From: Bacteroidota bacterium
Lineage (GTDB): Bacteria > Bacteroidota > Bacteroidia > UKL13-3
Assembly (NCBI GenBank): GCA_030680835.1
Contig: JAUXUD010000004.1
Location: 32,400 to 96,399, forward strand
Reading direction: 5' to 3'
Length of the DNA stretch: 64,000 bases
Shown here: positions 57,541 through 64,000 of the stretch, piece after piece
How positions within the stretch are numbered: position 1 is the first letter of the stretch
How the letters are laid out: every line of letters starts with the position of its first letter
The notes under the pieces: model-generated
What the model saw: the letters and a program-made list of their open reading frames with translations, nothing else
Databases searched by the model: none
Told to the model about the DNA's origin: nothing
Position numbers and translations under genes: made by a program

Positions 57541-57585
57541 TTAACTAATCAGGGTTGCAATAAAACCCAAATGCTTAACTAATTT

Positions 57586-58944
57586 TCAATCCTGTTTTAA
57601 CAGTTTCTGTGTTTTAATGGTGGCAGCATTTTTATCTTTAATGTGAACCAAATATATGCCAGGATTGAGGTTACTGATATCGGCTGCGGAGCTACCTATG
57701 GTTGTATAATTTATACACTGGCGTCCCTGCAAATCGATGATATTAATAAAATATTCCTCAGCAAAAGGTAAATCTATCCTGAGTTCATCTTTTGCAGGAT
57801 TTGGGAAAATTGATATTTCAGGATATTTGGCGCTGCTATCTATGTTGCCAGATGCATCGGTTTTAAACAGATAAGCTCTATTATGTGAGAATAATGGATT
57901 CGTCCAATTTTGTACGAGTCCTGAACCGTAATATCCGCCATCGGCAGCTTGCGACACACTTAAGATGACAGTCCTATCTCTGAAAACTTTACGCCATTCC
58001 ACTTTAAAATTACTGTCGAGTTTAATCAGGGAAGATCCTGCTAAAATAAATCCATTATCACGTGTAGTTGCAAAAGAAAAAATATTTTCATTATAATCAA
58101 TATCTTTAATTCCAACGTAATCCCCATTCTGATTAAATTGAATTACTCCATTTCTAAATTCATGAAGGTTGGTAAAAAAGAAACTATTAAATATATAAAA
58201 ACTTCCATCTTTCTCAATCACATCCCAAAACATTGTTTGAAATCCACTATCTCCTTCACCAAACTTTTGTTCTTTTATTATTTTTCCGGAATTATCTGTT
58301 TTAACAGTAAAAATAAAAGGCGAAGTTAAAATGGTATAACTATTAAGTCCAAAGATCAGGAACCCGCTTTTATCTTTTAATTCAAATAATTTTACTGTAC
58401 TTCCATAATTTTGTTTGAGGGCAATTTCCGTTTTACCCAGGACATCACCATTTAAGCCCCTGAATTCAATAACTGGATGGAAAACGGAATCTGAAAAGTC
58501 CCGGCTGCCATAAGTTAAAAGTTGATTCTTGTATAACTGCCCATAGAATTTATATGCATTACAATCAGTGCAGAAGGTTTGTTTTTTAACCATTCCATTT
58601 TGGTTTAAATTAAAAAGAATATTACCAGTCTGCCCACCATCTCCCAAAACATAAAAAGAACGACCCTTATCCAGAGTAATAAAATCATACAAACGATTTG
58701 AGGGGCTTAGCGTCCATAATAAAGTGCCAAACCTGTTAAATTTTAATAAACTTTGTGACGTTTGAAAACGATACTCCAAAACAAAAAAATCGCCAGTTGC
58801 GGTTTCCTGTATTTTAAAGTATTCATTGTAAACTTCGGGGTCATCAGGGGAAATCCATTCAAAAGTCTGTGCCTCTGTTTTATTAATTGATAAACAAAAC
58901 AGGATGGAAGTAAATATGATTTTTTTCAAAAACCACTTTTTCAT
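57586..58944 (-). CDS. T9SS-secreted protein, probable beta-propeller
   Basis: Signal peptide, repeats such as KTDNSG, TRDNGFILAG and KTDASG; C-terminal IFPNP..IDLQG..LNPGIY..KLLK. Confidence 0.8.
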   Translation of the reverse strand: MKKWFLKKIIFTSILFCLSINKTEAQTFEWISPDDPEVYNEYFKIQETATGDFFVLEYRFQTSQSLLKFNRFGTLLWTLSPSNRLYDFITLDKGRSFYVLGDGGQTGNILFNLNQNGMVKKQTFCTDCNAYKFYGQLYKNQLLTYGSRDFSDSVFHPVIEFRGLNGDVLGKTEIALKQNYGSTVKLFELKDKSGFLIFGLNSYTILTSPFIFTVKTDNSGKIIKEQKFGEGDSGFQTMFWDVIEKDGSFYIFNSFFFTNLHEFRNGVIQFNQNGDYVGIKDIDYNENIFSFATTRDNGFILAGSSLIKLDSNFKVEWRKVFRDRTVILSVSQAADGGYYGSGLVQNWTNPLFSHNRAYLFKTDASGNIDSSAKYPEISIFPNPAKDELRIDLPFAEEYFINIIDLQGRQCINYTTIGSSAADISNLNPGIYLVHIKDKNAATIKTQKLLKQD

Positions 58945-58970
58945 GATGCAATTTACCTGTTTTTACAATT

Positions 58971-59013
58971 AAAAAAATAACCCCTGACAACAATCATGTT
59001 ATCCGGGGTTATT
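58971..59013 (-). terminator. Intrinsic terminator of the 1169-aa gene
   Basis: AATAACCCC..GGGGTTATT stem followed by a T-run on the minus strand. Confidence 0.65.
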
Positions 59014-59032
59014 CACTCGTTTTTTATTTTCT

Positions 59033-59050
59033 TCCCGATAGCTATCGGGA
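59033..59050. repeat. Perfect 18-bp palindrome TCCCGATAGCTATCGGGA
   Basis: Seen directly; I recall this motif as a dispersed repeat in Bacteroidota genomes (unverified). Confidence 0.7.
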
Positions 59051-59059
59051 TCCTACTTC

Positions 59060-62000
59060 CTAATTCGCCCTAATCACTTTATAGGAAAGGCTTTCATTGC
59101 CCTGAGAGATAATTACAAAATATACACCTGAGGCGAGTTTATCAAGCTCGTTTATACTGTATTCGTTATTGCCGTTTATGGTTTCAAATGATTTGCTTAG
59201 TAAAATCCGGCCTGCCATATCCATTAACTTAATGCTGGTTGTTGCAGCAGTGGCAGAATGAATTTTTATTGTTAAATCTTTTGTAAACGGATTGGGTTCA
59301 ACGCTTGCATTTAATGTATTTAAATTGTTTTCAATATTTACGTTGATAATATTCGAATAGGTTTTGGTTCCGTTAAAATCGTACTGAGCCAAACGATAAA
59401 ATAAAACCGAGCTGTTATTCAATTTGGCAAATGAATATGCATTTTCATCTGTTTGATTATATTCCGTTAGGGTATTGCTATTGCCCTGGCCTTTTACTTT
59501 ATTGCCAATGGCATCAAAATATTTGCTACCTGCCGAGCGTTCAACGATAAAATAATCATTATTCATTTCACTTGCGGTAATCCAGTTGAGTTTAACTGCA
59601 TGCGTTGATTTTGTGCCTGAAAATGAAAGCAGTTCAACCGGTAAGGTTCCTGCACCCGTTCCGCTTCCCACTGTGAAAGGTGAAAATGCGGTAATACCCG
59701 AGCGGGATTGCACATAAGGATTGGTACCAGCTGGAGCGCCCGCATTTCCCGACGACCATGTGCTACCAGTATAACGTGCAATATAACTTTGACTGCGGTT
59801 AAAACCTGCCATTTCATCGGTACCATTCCACTGGGCTGTTACCGTTGCATTGCTGCCACCTGCAGTGGATTCATTGATGATCCAGCTTCGGTTCACAGCA
59901 TTAAATAACACTTTACTTCCGGTAGGTGTTGAGCCTGTGTACGTATAAGTTACACTATCAATAACCCGCACACTAAAATGATCGGCTGTGCCGGTATTAT
60001 TAATTGTTATAGGATTGTATGAACTATTTCCAACAGGGAATAAAACGGCACCTGTTCTTTGTCCTGAACCAATATTTTGTATGGTTAAGTAGCCTGCAGT
60101 TCCATTACTGCAAACATAACGGGTAAATGTGGCGCCTGTAATTTTTGATGCAGTTCCATTAAGGGTTAGGTTATTTCCATTTAAATTCAGGTTGCCGTTG
60201 GTAAAAATTAATGAATCGGTGATAATGGCATTTCCGTTTAATGATACGCCTGCAGCATTTGCTACTTCAATCCGTGCATAACTGGTTCCTGAAATGGTTT
60301 GCGCTGAAGAGCCTGTAAATGCAATGGTTCCGTTGGTATGGCTCAAGGTACCATTTACGATTAAATTGCCATCCATTGACAAAAATGAAGCTGCATTATT
60401 CAATGTTAAAGTGGCACCTGTACCGATTGTAATATTATTTGCAGTATTAAATGCATTGCTAATTACCGGCATGTTTGAAGGGCCTGAACTGATACTCACA
60501 TCATCGCTGGCAATGGGTACACGTGAGCATCCCCAGTTGGAGGGCAATGTCCAGGATGTGCTGGTACCCAGCCACGCATTGGTATTGTTTACGGTTATTT
60601 GAACAGCTGCTGATGTATCACTGTTAACAGATATTGCCACACGTCTGAACCAGGTTGTAGCTGTTAAGGATGCTGGCTGATAATTCTGCGTTGTATTGGT
60701 TCCTGCCGCTGCTGAAAAACCTGTTGTTGCATTTGTGGTTGAACTTAACCACAAATAGGTAAAAGCTCCCGTACCTCCTGAGGGTATTGAGCCATTGAGT
60801 TGATTGGGAACAGAATTGGAACAGATGGATTGTGCTCCCGAAATGGTATTTGAAGTGACAGGTGGAACCGGGTCAACAGTACATTCGATCATGGATCGTC
60901 CGTTATATTGCTGATTGGGTGCAACAGCTGCTCCTGTTGGAAAATAATAACTTACTTCAGGCCTGGGCGGGTAGCTAGTAGTTCCATCACCTTCGCTCTG
61001 GTATATGTTTAAGTAAGAACCTGGAGTTGCCGTACTTGTAATTACATTAATCCCCGCATAAAAATTGGTATTTGTAATTACCGGCTGCGGAGATAGGATG
61101 GGTAAGGTAACATAAGATCCCATATCGGAACTGCCTAAATTATAAGTTGCTGAAGTACCCACAATGGTATTTGTTGAATCGATAACAACTCCTGTTATGG
61201 GAACTCCCACCGCATTTGAATTGGCAGGAATAAAGAATCGTACATTGGTAATCAGGCGTGAACCGCTCACCTTGTATTTACAGGCATAAATCTGAACAAT
61301 GCTGCCATTGGAACCGGCGAATGACCGGGTAGTATCAGTGTATCCCAGATTTCGGTTGCTTACCGACATGCTGTATGAATATGAATTATTGGTAAGGTTG
61401 TCATCAGACGGAACCGAAATGGTTAAGAGGTTTGAACCGGTATTGGCAGGAGTATATGCAGGGAAACTCACAATGGTACTGGTTCCCGGTGCCAGGTAAC
61501 TAATGGTACTGGTTGTGGTATAGGTATTTGTGCCGCTTACCGTAAGTGTTACTACCAAACTGGTTTGTGCATTCAGTCCCGGATTGGTAATTTTAGCAGT
61601 GATGGAATCACCCACAAAAGCAGGGATTGCTACTTTACCCATGGATCGTACTTCAACCACAGCAGCATCATTATACACAACCGGACCAAAATGATAAACC
61701 CTTCCGATATCCGGTGCAGGACGTGAAGTAACTACATTGTTGCCAAAATTAAGTGCATTCACCGTATAGTTTCCAAGGGGTGTACCGGTGCTTTGCGAGT
61801 TGGGAGTTGCGGAACCCCATGCAACAGCAGAGCCTTTGGTTACCGTGAGACAGCGTGCGCCCGTTGAAGAATTGTTTCCCTTAATTCCACATGCCCCAAA
61901 GCGAGCCTGTGAGGTATTTGCAGAAGACACCCAGCGACCGTAAACGAACTCTATGGCATTGGTGCCTTCAAATAATTTTAACTGAAAATTGATAGTATCA

Positions 62001-62569
62001 TATTGTGTATAAATAGGAGCGGGAGATGCGCCCTGGGTAGTAATAAAAAGATATTTATCACTCAGGTTTTTCCATTGAATGGTGCAAACCTTTGTACCCG
62101 GTGAACCGGTTGTAGAAACTCTGAAATCTGCTGTTCCGGTTCCGAGTGAAGTGCTGCTTAAATTGCAGGGCCATAAATTATTTCCCATTGGAAATATCAG
62201 GCTCGTATCTTCGGGATACGTTGAATTAAACGGACCTCCCAGAGGGGGCTGGTTGTAAGCGCTGAAGTTCATATTGGTATCGGCTGATACCAATCCGCTT
62301 CCCAGTTTAATAAAACCATCCACATACATGGTAAATGAATCGTAAGCGGATGAATTAAAGTTAAACGTGAACCCAATGGGTAAAGCCGCCACAGAGTGAC
62401 CACTGTCGTTGTGGGTCATGGTAATTGCAGTACCTGTTGTTCCCAAATCAACATACGTACTTGAAAATGTACTGAAGCCTGCCTGCAGATAATTAAGCTG
62501 GGCAGTACCCATTTTTACCGTTAACAGAAGCAGACCTAAAATAAAATAGTTAGTAAGTTTTTTTTTCAT
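59060..62569 (-). CDS. Large T9SS-secreted surface protein (Ser/Thr/Asn/Gly-rich, Ig-like and beta-solenoid segments)
   Basis: Signal peptide, LPIGFTFNF, LPVELLSF..WITASE..YRLAQYDFNG, and C-terminal PNPF..DMAGR..LASGVYF sorting domain. Confidence 0.85.
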   Translation of the reverse strand: MKKKLTNYFILGLLLLTVKMGTAQLNYLQAGFSTFSSTYVDLGTTGTAITMTHNDSGHSVAALPIGFTFNFNSSAYDSFTMYVDGFIKLGSGLVSADTNMNFSAYNQPPLGGPFNSTYPEDTSLIFPMGNNLWPCNLSSTSLGTGTADFRVSTTGSPGTKVCTIQWKNLSDKYLFITTQGASPAPIYTQYDTINFQLKLFEGTNAIEFVYGRWVSSANTSQARFGACGIKGNNSSTGARCLTVTKGSAVAWGSATPNSQSTGTPLGNYTVNALNFGNNVVTSRPAPDIGRVYHFGPVVYNDAAVVEVRSMGKVAIPAFVGDSITAKITNPGLNAQTSLVVTLTVSGTNTYTTTSTISYLAPGTSTIVSFPAYTPANTGSNLLTISVPSDDNLTNNSYSYSMSVSNRNLGYTDTTRSFAGSNGSIVQIYACKYKVSGSRLITNVRFFIPANSNAVGVPITGVVIDSTNTIVGTSATYNLGSSDMGSYVTLPILSPQPVITNTNFYAGINVITSTATPGSYLNIYQSEGDGTTSYPPRPEVSYYFPTGAAVAPNQQYNGRSMIECTVDPVPPVTSNTISGAQSICSNSVPNQLNGSIPSGGTGAFTYLWLSSTTNATTGFSAAAGTNTTQNYQPASLTATTWFRRVAISVNSDTSAAVQITVNNTNAWLGTSTSWTLPSNWGCSRVPIASDDVSISSGPSNMPVISNAFNTANNITIGTGATLTLNNAASFLSMDGNLIVNGTLSHTNGTIAFTGSSAQTISGTSYARIEVANAAGVSLNGNAIITDSLIFTNGNLNLNGNNLTLNGTASKITGATFTRYVCSNGTAGYLTIQNIGSGQRTGAVLFPVGNSSYNPITINNTGTADHFSVRVIDSVTYTYTGSTPTGSKVLFNAVNRSWIINESTAGGSNATVTAQWNGTDEMAGFNRSQSYIARYTGSTWSSGNAGAPAGTNPYVQSRSGITAFSPFTVGSGTGAGTLPVELLSFSGTKSTHAVKLNWITASEMNNDYFIVERSAGSKYFDAIGNKVKGQGNSNTLTEYNQTDENAYSFAKLNNSSVLFYRLAQYDFNGTKTYSNIINVNIENNLNTLNASVEPNPFTKDLTIKIHSATAATTSIKLMDMAGRILLSKSFETINGNNEYSINELDKLASGVYFVIISQGNESLSYKVIRAN

Positions 62570-62741
62570 AGCGTTTTACATTTATAATACAGAGTTAGTA
62601 AAAAGTATTGAAATGAAATACTATTTTTTTTAAACAGATAATTTAATCTAAAAATCATCAGGTAAAAAAGTATTTTCTATAATATTGTAAAAACCAATTC
62701 ATCATCTCATACTTCATTCCTCATACTTCATACCTAAATAT

Positions 62742-63215
62742 ATGAAAGAACATCATTACAAAGCAAAAATAACCTGGACCGGCAATATAGGAGAAGGCAC
62801 AAGGAGTTATCAAACATATAGCCGCAACCATATCATCAGCATTACGCATAAGCCAGATATATTGGGTTCATCCGATCCGGTTTTTTTGGGCGATATAAGC
62901 AGGTACAATCCTGAGGAAATGCTGGTGGCATCTTTGTCAGCCTGTCATATGCTCTGGTATTTACATCTTTGCAGCGAAAGGCATATTGTTGTTGTTGATT
63001 ATGCAGATCATGCTACCGGTACAATGATCGAATCAACGGATGGGGGAGGCCGGTTTAAGGAAGTTATTCTCAACCCAATTGTAATGATAAATAATCCGAA
63101 ACAAATTGATTTGGCAATTTCAGTTCATAATGATGCGCATCATAAATGTTTTATTGCAAATTCATGCAATTTTCCGGTAATTATTCATCCTGTTTGTCTG
63201 GTTCAGGGAGCATAA
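62742..63215 (+). CDS. OsmC/Ohr-family protein
   Basis: NPEEMLVASLSACHM and AHHKCFIANS (two conserved Cys). Confidence 0.9.
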   Translation: MKEHHYKAKITWTGNIGEGTRSYQTYSRNHIISITHKPDILGSSDPVFLGDISRYNPEEMLVASLSACHMLWYLHLCSERHIVVVDYADHATGTMIESTDGGGRFKEVILNPIVMINNPKQIDLAISVHNDAHHKCFIANSCNFPVIIHPVCLVQGA

Positions 63216-63354
63216 AAAATTAACATGAACCAATCCAATAATTGAATTATTAAAGTTTTCATAATAGTTCATAAAGTCTCGAATTTTTACCGGTTTCAGA
63301 CGAAACAAATTGGCCGATTTCCTAAATTTGAATACACAAATAATCAATACGATT

Positions 63355-63819
63355 ATGAATGATTCATTAAGAGTTGGTCAGTTTATGACCAGTAATATTG
63401 TTGTTGGAAGCCTGCAAAGTAAATTAAGCGATATCATATTTTTTTTCACCAAAAACAGAATAAGGCATTTGCCTATTACAAACAATGAAGCATTGGTTGG
63501 AATGGTGAGTACCACTGATATTTTAGAACTAATTCAGCAAAAATTAGAATCAAATGAATGTTTTACATTTGACACTTTGAATAATCAAATAAATATAGAA
63601 CAAATCATGAGCAAAAACCCTGTTTCGGTTCAGCCTGATACGCCAATAAGTGATGCGTTAAAGATAATGCAGGATGAAGAAATTGGTGCATTGCCTGTTA
63701 CCGAAAATGGGAATATTGCAGGTATAATTACCAGGAAAGATCTGGTGGACATTTTTTCTAAAGAGTTAAATCCCCCGCATATTGCATATACCATTGAAAG
63801 TCCGGGTTATGGAATTTAA
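63355..63819 (+). CDS. CBS domain pair protein
   Basis: IRHLPI..LVGMVS and IGALPV..GIITRKDL; TAAATTTG at 63323-30 supports the ATG at 63355. Confidence 0.88.
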   Translation: MNDSLRVGQFMTSNIVVGSLQSKLSDIIFFFTKNRIRHLPITNNEALVGMVSTTDILELIQQKLESNECFTFDTLNNQINIEQIMSKNPVSVQPDTPISDALKIMQDEEIGALPVTENGNIAGIITRKDLVDIFSKELNPPHIAYTIESPGYGI

Positions 63820-63912
63820 AATTTGCAGAGATTCGGGGATATTATCTGAATCCTGATATAAAATATTTTCACTTCGCCTATATTTGGCAAATAAAGAGTG
63901 TGAAAATAAAGA

Positions 63913-64000
63913 ATGATTCAGGATATAATAAAAGCCCAATTAGCTAATGCCCTTCAACAGCTTTACAAGGCGGATGCGGGTTCACAGGGAATTGTAATTG
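63913..64000 (+). CDS. Start of a CDS running off the window, possibly arginine-tRNA ligase
   Basis: MIQDIIKAQLANALQQLYKAD..; preceded by TATATTTG (63879-86). The product is a guess from 29 aa only. Confidence 0.4.
   Translation, partial: MIQDIIKAQLANALQQLYKADAGSQGIVI

Noticed and set aside
58984..58997. CTGAC-AACA-ATCAT as a further Fnr-like box
   Set aside because: It lies inside a terminator hairpin and lacks the spacing to a -7 element seen at bcrC and hemA; probably chance in AT-rich DNA.

Overview
AT-rich bacterial DNA that I assign to the Bacteroidota from several T9SS C-terminal sorting domains, an OmpA protein with TSP3-like repeats, and TAnnTTTG promoter elements. The dominant feature is a ~24.7 kb, 20-gene minus-strand cluster (594-25257) for anaerobic aromatic ring degradation. 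It holds an ATP-dependent class I benzoyl-CoA reductase (bcrCBAD), the ring-opening enzymes had/oah/dch, lower beta-oxidation enzymes, and a 4-hydroxybenzoyl-CoA reductase (fused hcrC-hcrA plus hcrB) with XdhC and MocA maturases. Unexpected members are an ADP-forming acyl-CoA synthetase, a 2-hydroxyacyl-CoA dehydratase subunit, a ketopantoate-reductase/dehydratase-activator fusion, a heme A synthase and a hemerythrin. The rest of the window has a Cus-type metal efflux operon, pdxH, a carbonic anhydrase/SulP/TetR module, a P-type ATPase, a cytochrome c-porin-cytochrome c module, T9SS-secreted proteins, and a hemACDEBLNHJ operon. There are many REP-like and tandem intergenic repeats, and a pair of inverted ~210-nt structured repeats with compensatory base changes. 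No rRNA, tRNA, CRISPR array or transposase was recognised. All calls come from motif recognition by eye; no searches were run.
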